A DNA stretch of 64,000 bases, taken from the IMG/VR virus record IMGVR_UViG_3300029705_003235. One strand, 5' to 3'. The position numbers were made by a program, and so were the translations under genes. Origin of the DNA: an uncultured virus (IMG/VR IMGVR_UViG_3300029705_003235) (lineage: Duplodnaviria; Heunggongvirae; Uroviricota; Caudoviricetes). Below are positions 56,507 through 64,000 of the stretch, one piece after another; the stretch's first letter is position 1, and each line of letters starts with the position of its first letter. The notes under the pieces are model-generated. The model had not been told where the DNA came from, made no database searches, and saw nothing but the letters and a program-made list of their open reading frames with translations.

Positions 56507-57136
56507 ATGATAAATCTGAATACTGATATGTTAAAAGAGAATATTGCTATGCTTATGAAGCAAAATGGTACTACACAACAAACACTTGCTACAGCAATAG
56601 GGATGTCGCAGGCAAATTTAAGTAAGGCACTTAACCCCAACGAAAAGAAGTGTTTTACTGTAGAACAGCTTTTCAACATTGCTCAATATTATAATGTTTC
56701 AATTGATGAGCTTGTCGACAACCATGCAGCAGAAAGAGCTACTACAAACCCTTTATTTGTATTCAATTATCTTTCACATCTTCTTCGTGAACGCTGCATA
56801 AAAACTACAACTGTTGAGCTTGAAGAATGTGTATATACTCAATTTCATAATAGTCAGGGATTTCCAGATGGTCGAATCGATACAATCCCCGTTGAGTACA
56901 CCGCTTTTTATTTCCCTGATTATTTAAACCCTGCCGAACTTACAGATAACGACCAAGATTTTAGTGAGATGTCAACTGAATTCTATTATAGTGGCAATAG
57001 GTCGGAGTTTTATCACATGAACGAGATTCTTAAAAAGTTCATTCCCGTTATACAACTTCATCTACAAAAGCAAATCAAGGATGATGCTTTTGAAATTATC
57101 CTAAAAGGATATCAAAAGGAATTTGAGAAAGAATAA
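56507..57136 (+). CDS. XRE-family HTH protein with C-terminal domain
   Basis: TQQTLATAIGMSQANLSKAL...IAQYYNVSIDEL. Confidence 0.85.
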   Translation: MINLNTDMLKENIAMLMKQNGTTQQTLATAIGMSQANLSKALNPNEKKCFTVEQLFNIAQYYNVSIDELVDNHAAERATTNPLFVFNYLSHLLRERCIKTTTVELEECVYTQFHNSQGFPDGRIDTIPVEYTAFYFPDYLNPAELTDNDQDFSEMSTEFYYSGNRSEFYHMNEILKKFIPVIQLHLQKQIKDDAFEIILKGYQKEFEKE

Positions 57137-57180
57137 AAATAGCCGGAGTAAAGCATTGAATTGCTCTACTCCGGCTATTT
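57134..57180. terminator. Strong hairpin/bidirectional terminator
   Basis: AAATAGCCGGAGTA/TACTCCGGCTATTT, 14-bp perfect stem. Confidence 0.8.
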
Positions 57181-57216
57181 GGTCACTCGTTTATAAGCGG
57201 TGCCGTTGCTCGGTAG

Positions 57217-57375
57217 TTAGATTCTATTATCAACCGATATATTAACAATATTTTTACAGTGGGGGCATTTGAGTTGAACCTCAACACTTCCTTGCGGAGC
57301 ACTCTGAACATCAAAGACCCTTTTCTTACAGTTCGGACATTTTACCATTTTTGCAGTTTTAACTGGTTTGCTCAA
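57217..57375 (-). CDS. Com-like zinc-ribbon protein, 52 aa (not in ORF track)
   Basis: AGGAGGT RBS and TTG start; VKCPNCKKRVFD...VQLKCPHCK. Confidence 0.75.
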   Translation of the reverse strand: MSKPVKTAKMVKCPNCKKRVFDVQSAPQGSVEVQLKCPHCKNIVNISVDNRI

Positions 57376-57386
57376 ATTGTTACCTC

Positions 57387-58628
57387 CTAACGATACATCA
57401 TGCCCGGCATCGTTATTTCATGAGCACTGTGGTTCGGCATTTTTAAATCACCCATAAGGGATGCTGAAAACACAGAGTGTTTTCCAAATCTTCTGCGGAT
57501 TTCTTCTATGGTATTATCAATAGTTTCCCTCCGCATTCTTTTTTCGTGGTCAGTAAATAAGTCAAGCTGAATTGCTGTATTCTTATCTTTTAAATTAATA
57601 GCACGAACCGTAACAGCTCTTACCGGGACACTCCATGTGTAGTTTCTTTTAAATAAGTCGTGTGCTGCTTGAGCTATTTCTAAAGGACTCTGGGTCGGAA
57701 GTCCAAGTTGACACTGAAACTGCTTGTAATACAGTTCACTATTTTTAACCGAAATTTGCACACCGTTTGCGGTTAAGTTATGTACTCGCAGTTTGTGTCC
57801 GAGGTCTTGGCATAGTTCAAGCATTACACGCCATACCTCTGTGTTGTTTTCAAGGTCTGCTGTGCAGGTGATTCCGTGACCGATTGTCTTAACGGGTGAA
57901 ACAAAATCCTTCTGCATTACACGAGAATTATCTGTGCCATTGGCATAGTGCCATAGTGCAAGACCATTGACACCGAACCAACTTTTGAGAAATTGTGGAC
58001 TCACCGAGGCAAGCTGACCGATTGTGTGTATGCCATATTTTTCGAGCTTTGCTGTTGTGGCTCGTCCGACATACAAAAGTTCCGAAGCCGGGAGTGTCCA
58101 TACTTTACTTTCAACATCGGCTTCTGAAATAACAGTCACAGCATCCGGCTTTTTCATATCCGAGCCAAGCTTGGCAAATATCTTATTATATGAAACTCCG
58201 ATGCTTACTGTCAGTCCGAGTTCTTCTTTCATTGCTTTTCTTATTTCCTGTGCGATTTTTTCGCCTGATCCATGTATGCGAGAAGAACAAGAAACATCAA
58301 GCCAACATTCATCCATTCCGAAAGGTTCAACCAAATCTGTATAACGATAATATATCTCGTGTGCAAGTTTTGAATATTTGAGATACTGGTCATATTGGGG
58401 AGGAACAAGAATCAGGTCGGGGCATAACCTTTGAGCCTCCCAATTAACCATCCCTGTTTTTACGCCTGCCTTTTTTGCTTTCTCCGATTTTGCAAGAACA
58501 ATACCATGCCTGTCCTCGGTTGCACCACAGACCGCCACAGCTTTTCCTCTTAATTCAGGATTCAGCATCATTTCAACGGATGCATAGAAACAGTTCATAT
58601 CACTATGAAGTATTGATGTGTCTTTCAT
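57387..58628 (-). CDS. dinB: Y-family DNA polymerase IV
   Basis: HSDMNCFYASVE, FGMDECWLD, AKLGSDMKKP, VGRAT. Confidence 0.93.
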   Translation of the reverse strand: MKDTSILHSDMNCFYASVEMMLNPELRGKAVAVCGATEDRHGIVLAKSEKAKKAGVKTGMVNWEAQRLCPDLILVPPQYDQYLKYSKLAHEIYYRYTDLVEPFGMDECWLDVSCSSRIHGSGEKIAQEIRKAMKEELGLTVSIGVSYNKIFAKLGSDMKKPDAVTVISEADVESKVWTLPASELLYVGRATTAKLEKYGIHTIGQLASVSPQFLKSWFGVNGLALWHYANGTDNSRVMQKDFVSPVKTIGHGITCTADLENNTEVWRVMLELCQDLGHKLRVHNLTANGVQISVKNSELYYKQFQCQLGLPTQSPLEIAQAAHDLFKRNYTWSVPVRAVTVRAINLKDKNTAIQLDLFTDHEKRMRRETIDNTIEEIRRRFGKHSVFSASLMGDLKMPNHSAHEITMPGMMYR

Positions 58629-58657
58629 GGTAGTATGACCTCCTTTCAAATTTAATT

Positions 58658-58802
58658 GAAGTTTTTAGAACTTTTTTGAAGTTTTCTATTGACAAATTGG
58701 AAGTTCTGCTATATAATTAACTTGCAACTTCGATAAACTTCATATCTATATTAGCACCTTTTAGAAGTTTTGTCAATAGAAAATTAGAAGTTTTTAGAAG
58801 TT
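58658..58802. promoter_or_regulatory. Face-to-face promoters with GAAGTT operator array
   Basis: + TTGACA(58689)-17-TATAAT(58712); - TTGACA(58776)-17-TAATAT(58753); eight GAAGTT/AACTTC hexamers. Confidence 0.8.
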
Positions 58803-58826
58803 TTACACTTTTTACAAAAGGAGTGC

Positions 58827-59276
58827 ATGATTAAAATGAAGTCTTTAGCAGAAAAAATAAGTGATGCAAGATATGCATTGGGAATCTCCCAGACAGAGTT
58901 AGGAGAAAATGTAGGAGTATCTTTGCGTTCCATCCTTGCTTATGAAAAGGGTGAATCAACACCCCGAAAGAATATAATTCTGAAATTAGCAAAGGTTCTG
59001 GGCGTTTCTGTAAAATATCTTACAGATGAAAATTGCGAGAACCCCATTGAGGATATTGAAAAGGATGGATACATAGATGAGGTTCGTGAACGCTACGGAG
59101 CTAAAGGTGCTCGTGACCTTAACACCCTCATCAGCGAAAACTGTGCTTTGTTTGCAGGTGGTGAATTGACCTCTGAAGAAAAGGATGTATTCTTTGAAGC
59201 ATTAACAAAGGCGTACATTGCTTGTAAAGAAGAGGCAAGGGAAAAATTCACTCCCAAATCAAAGAAAAACGAGTAA
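58827..59276 (+). CDS. ImmR-like XRE repressor
   Basis: ISQTELGENVGVSLRSILAYEKGESTP; adjacent to an ImmA-like gene. Confidence 0.88.
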   Translation: MIKMKSLAEKISDARYALGISQTELGENVGVSLRSILAYEKGESTPRKNIILKLAKVLGVSVKYLTDENCENPIEDIEKDGYIDEVRERYGAKGARDLNTLISENCALFAGGELTSEEKDVFFEALTKAYIACKEEAREKFTPKSKKNE

Positions 59277-59335
59277 CATCTCGCAGTCCGTTTTTTGGGA
59301 CAGTAGTTTGTGATAAAATAAATAATGGAAGCGAG

Positions 59336-59914
59336 GTGTTTCTTTTGTATAATAGCTTTGACTTTATTTGCAACGAGGCTGAAAAGCTGAAAGCAAAGTA
59401 TGATGAAACTAATCCCTTCAAGTTGGCTCGTCAAATGGGCATCAATGTTTTATATGCTCCTATGGGTAAAAACATCGAGAGCTGCAAGGGGTTTTACCTC
59501 ACGCATAGCCGTATTCGTACTATGACAATCAATTCAGATTTGTCCAGTGAATTTCAGAGAATTATATGTTCACATGAACTCGGTCATGCTGTGCTACATA
59601 ATAAACAAGCCGGAGTAAAAGCATTTCATGACTTCGGTCTATTTGATACTGCCTCTACATTTGAATATGAGGCTAATATGTTCGCTGCAGAAATACTACT
59701 CGAAGATGATGATGTGCTTGACCGATTAAATGATGATTTATCATTCTTCCAAGCTGCAGCAGAACTCAATGTTCCGGCAGAAATCTTGGACTTTAAGTTC
59801 AGAACCATGAAATGGAAAGGCTACAAGGTAAGAGAAGCACCACTTTTGACACCGGGTAATTGGCTGAAGAATGCAGCCGATGGCGGATGCCCGGATGACT
59901 TTTATGGTGCATAG
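59336..59914 (+). CDS. ImmA/IrrE-family metallopeptidase
   Basis: HELGHAVLH...EYEANMFAAEIL. Confidence 0.92.
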   Translation: MFLLYNSFDFICNEAEKLKAKYDETNPFKLARQMGINVLYAPMGKNIESCKGFYLTHSRIRTMTINSDLSSEFQRIICSHELGHAVLHNKQAGVKAFHDFGLFDTASTFEYEANMFAAEILLEDDDVLDRLNDDLSFFQAAAELNVPAEILDFKFRTMKWKGYKVREAPLLTPGNWLKNAADGGCPDDFYGA

Positions 59915-59926
59915 GAGGGATTTTTT

Positions 59927-60118
59927 ATGATTGCGACAGATGTACTTGTAAAAAAGTTTGACAATGTTTACCCAGTGAAATTTGGTAAACTGAAAATGTT
60001 GAAGGCAGATGGTTCGTTTGAAGAAACAACCGTTTTTGATATAGATTACGATGAAGCGGAAATAATCCGTGGAACAATGACACCTGCCGAATTAGAAAGG
60101 CAAAGGTCAATCTTATGA
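59927..60118 (+). CDS. Hypothetical protein
   Basis: AGGAGG RBS; coupled to the next gene. Confidence 0.65.
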   Translation: MIATDVLVKKFDNVYPVKFGKLKMLKADGSFEETTVFDIDYDEAEIIRGTMTPAELERQRSIL

Positions 60119-60384
60119 ATATAAAGGTTTATGTGGAGGTCAATGCTTCCTTCGGTGAAGATGGGCAAATGCTGCCGAAGTCACTCATTTGGGAAGATGG
60201 GACAACCTACAATATTGATAAAGTAACAGACATCAGACAAGCTGCCGCAATGAAAGCCGGGGGTCAAGGTGACCGCTACACGATAATTATAAACGGAAAG
60301 CAAAGCTATCTGTTTTTTGAAAGGTCGACAAATCTGTCCGGCAATATAATTGGACGATGGTTTGTGGAGAGGAAGATAGCCTAA
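60115..60384 (+). CDS. Conserved small beta-rich protein near the dinB/immA locus
   Basis: WEDGTTYNIDKV...KAGGQGDRYT...YLFFE...WFVE. Confidence 0.75.
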   Translation: MNIKVYVEVNASFGEDGQMLPKSLIWEDGTTYNIDKVTDIRQAAAMKAGGQGDRYTIIINGKQSYLFFERSTNLSGNIIGRWFVERKIA

Positions 60385-60402
60385 TACGGAGGAGAGAAAA
60401 TT

Positions 60403-61608
60403 ATGGGATTATTTGATATATTTAAGAAAAAAATATCTGCGGTAATAGAACCAAAAGTGGAACAAGAATCCACACAGCAAATTGAAAAGAATACACCCAA
60501 ACCAACAATAATTAAAAAAGAAATAATTGCAAATAATCAGGGAGTTGAATTTTCTGTTGAGGTTGAAGGGCCCCCTCCGCTTGAAGAACTTCTGAAAACA
60601 GCTGTTGCGAGTAAGCAAGGGCTGTATCCGCATGAAATTATTATGTTAGAGTATGCTCCATCATATAAAACAGCAAATAATTCATTTCAGCAATTTTGGT
60701 TTTATCAATACTCTGTTAAAGAACCGCAGAAAATTTTGGATTCGTTGTTTGATAGAGGCTTTATAAAAATCGGAGACCTTAAATCGGCTCTTGAAAAATT
60801 AAAACTTCCCGAAATTAAAGACGAGCTAAAAGCGATTGAACAGAAAGTAACTGGTAAAAAAGCTGAACTTATAGACCGACTTCTTGAAAATGCAGATAAA
60901 GAATATCTTGAAAAGAAATACTCGGAGCGGTATTTTGCGTTAACAGAAAAAGGAGAATCCGAGCTTAAGGACAATGAATATGTGAGCTATTTGCATAGAA
61001 ATAGAGTTATGACTGTTTGGGAGATGAACCAGAGGATATCTCAAACACACTATCCGTATCGTGATGTGCTTTGGGGATATTTCAACGAACAAAGCACGTT
61101 GCATTTTCAAAATTTTGATTTCGGACTTTATCGTAATACCCGGTTGAATATGTATCGTTTTCTTATGGAGGAGAATAAACCGAAAACTGCTTTTCAAATG
61201 TTATGCGAAGTTATGTCCTTCGATTTGAGTGGCTTGGGAAATAGCGAAAAATCAATGTTCAAGTGGGAACAATCAGACCCTGAATTTTATTTGGAAATGT
61301 ATAAGTCAAGAATTGAACAATTCTTTCCTTACGATGAAGAAAAACTAATTATACCTCCGGCTGTTTTAGGATGGGCTGCAGAACTGCAAGAAACACTGGG
61401 ATTTGATGATAATGAATTCAAGAAAGAAATGCTTGAATCATTTGAAAAGGTTCATCCACCCCGTAGAATCTTTACCGATGAGGAATGTGCAAATATTGTA
61501 ATTGCATCTATACATGAAGATACAAATTCCTTATCAGCTATATTCAAAAAAGTCGAAATTCGTGAGAATGCAAAAATTAAGGAAATTGAAGCAAGAATAC
61601 AAAAATGA
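60403..61608 (+). CDS. SAP-domain protein
   Basis: LKLPEIKDELKAIEQKVTGKKAELIDRL SAP motif; MGLFD N-terminus. Confidence 0.75.
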   Translation: MGLFDIFKKKISAVIEPKVEQESTQQIEKNTPKPTIIKKEIIANNQGVEFSVEVEGPPPLEELLKTAVASKQGLYPHEIIMLEYAPSYKTANNSFQQFWFYQYSVKEPQKILDSLFDRGFIKIGDLKSALEKLKLPEIKDELKAIEQKVTGKKAELIDRLLENADKEYLEKKYSERYFALTEKGESELKDNEYVSYLHRNRVMTVWEMNQRISQTHYPYRDVLWGYFNEQSTLHFQNFDFGLYRNTRLNMYRFLMEENKPKTAFQMLCEVMSFDLSGLGNSEKSMFKWEQSDPEFYLEMYKSRIEQFFPYDEEKLIIPPAVLGWAAELQETLGFDDNEFKKEMLESFEKVHPPRRIFTDEECANIVIASIHEDTNSLSAIFKKVEIRENAKIKEIEARIQK

Positions 61609-62075
61609 CAAATAAGGAAATTAGCATGATACAAAAAATACAAATCATATCAAATAACATCTGTTACGGGCCCCCACCAGATAACGGGACAGAGGTGGAA
61701 CAACATTTCACAGTATCAACAAGTGGTCGTATTTGGTTCAACGGATACAATTTTATAGGCGGTTTTAATAACTATGAAAGAGGTCGCTCAATCCAAATGA
61801 GCATCGGCAAGGAAAATGCAAAGACCATACTTGATTTGATTGAAAAACACTTGGAATCCGATGTTCTGATAATGGCTACGGATTGTGGCTCGTGGGATTT
61901 AAAGGTTACCGCCTCGGACGGAAATACAACCGAGAGAAGAGGCTCTCTTATAGATGAAATCTATGCCGGAAACACACCAATCTCCAAAACAATAAGAAGT
62001 ATAGTTTCAATTGAAGATATGTTTTTGTTTGATGGAAATTACCCGGAAGATGAGGTGTTGGACGATGACGAATAA
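61605..62075 (+). CDS. Hypothetical protein
   Basis: Coupled ORF, 156 aa. Confidence 0.7.
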   Translation: MTNKEISMIQKIQIISNNICYGPPPDNGTEVEQHFTVSTSGRIWFNGYNFIGGFNNYERGRSIQMSIGKENAKTILDLIEKHLESDVLIMATDCGSWDLKVTASDGNTTERRGSLIDEIYAGNTPISKTIRSIVSIEDMFLFDGNYPEDEVLDDDE

Positions 62076-62448
62076 AGAAAAACTACATCTCTTGAAAGCG
62101 GTGCCACCGAAACCTTGCTGCTTAGCGGATTACTATTACAAGTTGCTTGAAAATATGTGTTCAATGAAAAATGACTACGGAGATTATATGACCACCGAAC
62201 CGATAAATTGCGATGAAGAGCTGAAGCGAACTGCAACCGCAGATTGGGATTTGTGCTGTGCATTACTCACGATGCTCCTTCGAGAAGACCACTTTGCACA
62301 GTATGGTTGCTTTGATAGCAGAGTTGAAAAAGGTGATGTTCAAATAATCATTGACAGAATGATTGCGGTTTTGGAAAAGAAAGAAGCAGAAATTAAAAGA
62401 CGGCTTTCCGGGAGGGCAGCCGAATATTTGATGTTTATGGACGATTAA
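62065..62448 (+). CDS. DUF6508-like protein
   Basis: LLTMLLREDHF..G.F...VEKG.V..II.RM; GAGGTG RBS before MTNKEK. Confidence 0.65.
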   Translation: MTNKEKLHLLKAVPPKPCCLADYYYKLLENMCSMKNDYGDYMTTEPINCDEELKRTATADWDLCCALLTMLLREDHFAQYGCFDSRVEKGDVQIIIDRMIAVLEKKEAEIKRRLSGRAAEYLMFMDD

Positions 62449-62487
62449 AAAAACCTCGCTTGATAGTGATTATCAAGCGAGGTTTTT
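62447..62487. terminator. Bidirectional intrinsic terminator
   Basis: AACCTCGCTTGATA/TATCAAGCGAGGTT stem with A and T tails. Confidence 0.9.
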
Positions 62488-62489
62488 AC

Positions 62490-63956
62490 TTATAGGTTAA
62501 GTAATGTAATATCCAATTTCTGACCGTGCAAGTATAGCTCATAGGCTTTTTTTGCCGGAATAAACCGATTCTGAATAGGTTCTAATCCAAGGCTACCAAG
62601 CATATCCATTTCTACTTGACCTTTGGGTATATAGTTATCCTGCTGTGTCGGCATAAGAAAACAGTTCTTTACAATACTAAATTTGTGTTCCTGTATGAAC
62701 CGCTGATATGCCAATTGATATAAGTATTGTTTTGTGACAGATTCAAGACCGGGTTGTCCACGGAGAGGTTTGTTACTCTCTAATTGCATATTGTAATACT
62801 TGGCATCAAAAATGATGAAGTAGCTTTGACCGTTTGCTGAGCCAACTGAAATCAAATCAGGAATTAAAGTATCCGCTTCCCGTGTGAATAGAGTTCCATT
62901 TTTATCTTTATCCGACCATATCGGCTTGTCGATGAGTGTTTCGAGTGCCTGTGTACGGTCATACTTTTCAAGTAGAGGATTTGGTAACTTCAAAGAACCA
63001 AGCGGAGTCTTGAGCTGATTATTCAAGATTTCAGCACATACATTTTCCCATACCAAATTGAAACTGTTTGTGCCGAATAGGCTGAAGCAATCAGTGTCAT
63101 CCAAATTACTGCTATGGTCTATGTAAGCATACATTGTTTTCAACACGAGCTGTTTGCGAGTATTGAACTGAACATTAAGTTCATTCTGAATACGATATAG
63201 GATGTACTCTTTTTCACCGAAATCGTCAAGTTCCTCATCTGAAAGGTCAACGGGGTCAATGTCAAACAAGTCAGTCAAGTCGCAAGCTTCGAGTTCTTTT
63301 GAACACTTTGTGAGGATACAATCGTGAAGTCTTTTGAAATAGTCGTATTCATCGTTTACACGCTTCCTTGTGAGCAATTCAGGATAATAGGGTCTGTTGT
63401 TGCTCAAAAGAGTAAAGGTCTCATTGATGGTTTTATCCCAAAGAATATCTCCGGCTCCGTTGCTTTCAATGATGTCTTCGGTGTTGGAATAAGAGCCGTA
63501 TTCATAATAATCTTGCAAAAGGAACATTATTACTGCGAGGAGGTTAAAAGCGGTACTTTCCATATTATCGTTATACATTCTGATAATTTGGTTTTTGGTA
63601 TTGTAACGCTCAATTACACGAAGCACCTGCTTGAGTTCTTCTTTCGGTTCTTTTGCATCAAGAAGATATTTTGGGTAGCATTTTATAACACAGCCGGACA
63701 CAGCTACAACCCCAACAAAAGTGAATACATAAAGGTACTCGTTTTCACCAACTTCAACATCCGCAATCTCAATATCTTCATCGATAAGGTCGGTGAGGTC
63801 TTTTTGTTGTTCAGAATACTTGACCGCTTTAAGAATGCCGTACTCCTTGAGTGCCTTAAGAATAGACACCGTTTTTTCTTCTGAAAGACCGAATATCTTT
63901 GTCAGCTCATCTTGGGTATAGCGTTTCTGTTCACGGACATATCTTTTTGGTTTCAT
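62490..63956 (-). CDS. LlaJI-family restriction endonuclease (McrC-like)
   Basis: FTFVGV..YPKY; FNLVWE; LIPDL...IFDAKYY...KQYLYQLAY. Confidence 0.88.
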   Translation of the reverse strand: MKPKRYVREQKRYTQDELTKIFGLSEEKTVSILKALKEYGILKAVKYSEQQKDLTDLIDEDIEIADVEVGENEYLYVFTFVGVVAVSGCVIKCYPKYLLDAKEPKEELKQVLRVIERYNTKNQIIRMYNDNMESTAFNLLAVIMFLLQDYYEYGSYSNTEDIIESNGAGDILWDKTINETFTLLSNNRPYYPELLTRKRVNDEYDYFKRLHDCILTKCSKELEACDLTDLFDIDPVDLSDEELDDFGEKEYILYRIQNELNVQFNTRKQLVLKTMYAYIDHSSNLDDTDCFSLFGTNSFNLVWENVCAEILNNQLKTPLGSLKLPNPLLEKYDRTQALETLIDKPIWSDKDKNGTLFTREADTLIPDLISVGSANGQSYFIIFDAKYYNMQLESNKPLRGQPGLESVTKQYLYQLAYQRFIQEHKFSIVKNCFLMPTQQDNYIPKGQVEMDMLGSLGLEPIQNRFIPAKKAYELYLHGQKLDITLLNL

Positions 63957-64000
63957 TCGGTTTCACCCTCTCCATTTGCGGGTGCCGGGAACTGATTATG

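Larger units (their letters stand above)
13955..62448 (-). mobile_element. Prophage with HK97 cos head, contractile tail and twin serine recombinases; right end uncertain (at least 60384)
   Basis: Complete ordered modules for integration, lysis, tail, head, packaging, replication and control; att sites not paired. Confidence 0.85.

Noticed and set aside
56105..56679. Track ORFs 56105-56386 (+) and 56425-56679 (-)
   Set aside because: They overlap the better-supported 50-aa ORF, the leader structure and the XRE gene
63957..64000. 3-prime end of an McrB-like LlaJI partner gene
   Set aside because: Only 44 nt are visible and no frame can be assigned
1..64000. tRNA or rRNA genes
   Set aside because: None recognised by eye; a covariance-model scan was not possible

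Overview
Firmicute (Clostridia-like) accessory DNA in three parts. (1) 128-7101 is a leftward, tightly coupled cargo array: three different calcineurin-like metallophosphoesterases, an XRE regulator, two antitoxin-like genes, hypotheticals and a lipoprotein, preceded by four phased AGGGGGTGCA repeats. (2) 7159-13953 is a 6.8-kb module bounded by a 37-bp imperfect inverted repeat (32/37 identical). It holds two divergent XRE regulators, an apparently catalytically dead resolvase, a large serine recombinase with a long C-terminal extension, two genes paralogous to that extension, a ParB-like gene and a DGQHR/DUF6551-like gene. (3) From ~13955 to at least 60.4 kb lies an apparently complete, mostly minus-strand prophage. 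In order it carries twin serine recombinases, lysis genes, a contractile Xkd-type tail, an HK97 head, a PAPS-reductase-family gene between terL and portal, an amidoligase/GGCT moron block, two DNA methyltransferases and a short SAM synthetase, cos/HNH/terS, a PolA-VapE-SNF2 replication module, a sigma-like factor, dinB and an ImmR/ImmA-type switch. SAP- and DUF6508-like genes and an LlaJI-family endonuclease follow. Main non-obvious signals: the IR-bounded recombinase module, an EcoHK31I-beta-like gene nested in another frame of the C5 methyltransferase, a duplicated candidate phage-sigma promoter, structured leaders with unannotated small ORFs, a -1 frameshift in the tail chaperone and a heptamer-rich candidate origin. 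All family assignments come from motif recognition by eye; no searches were run.
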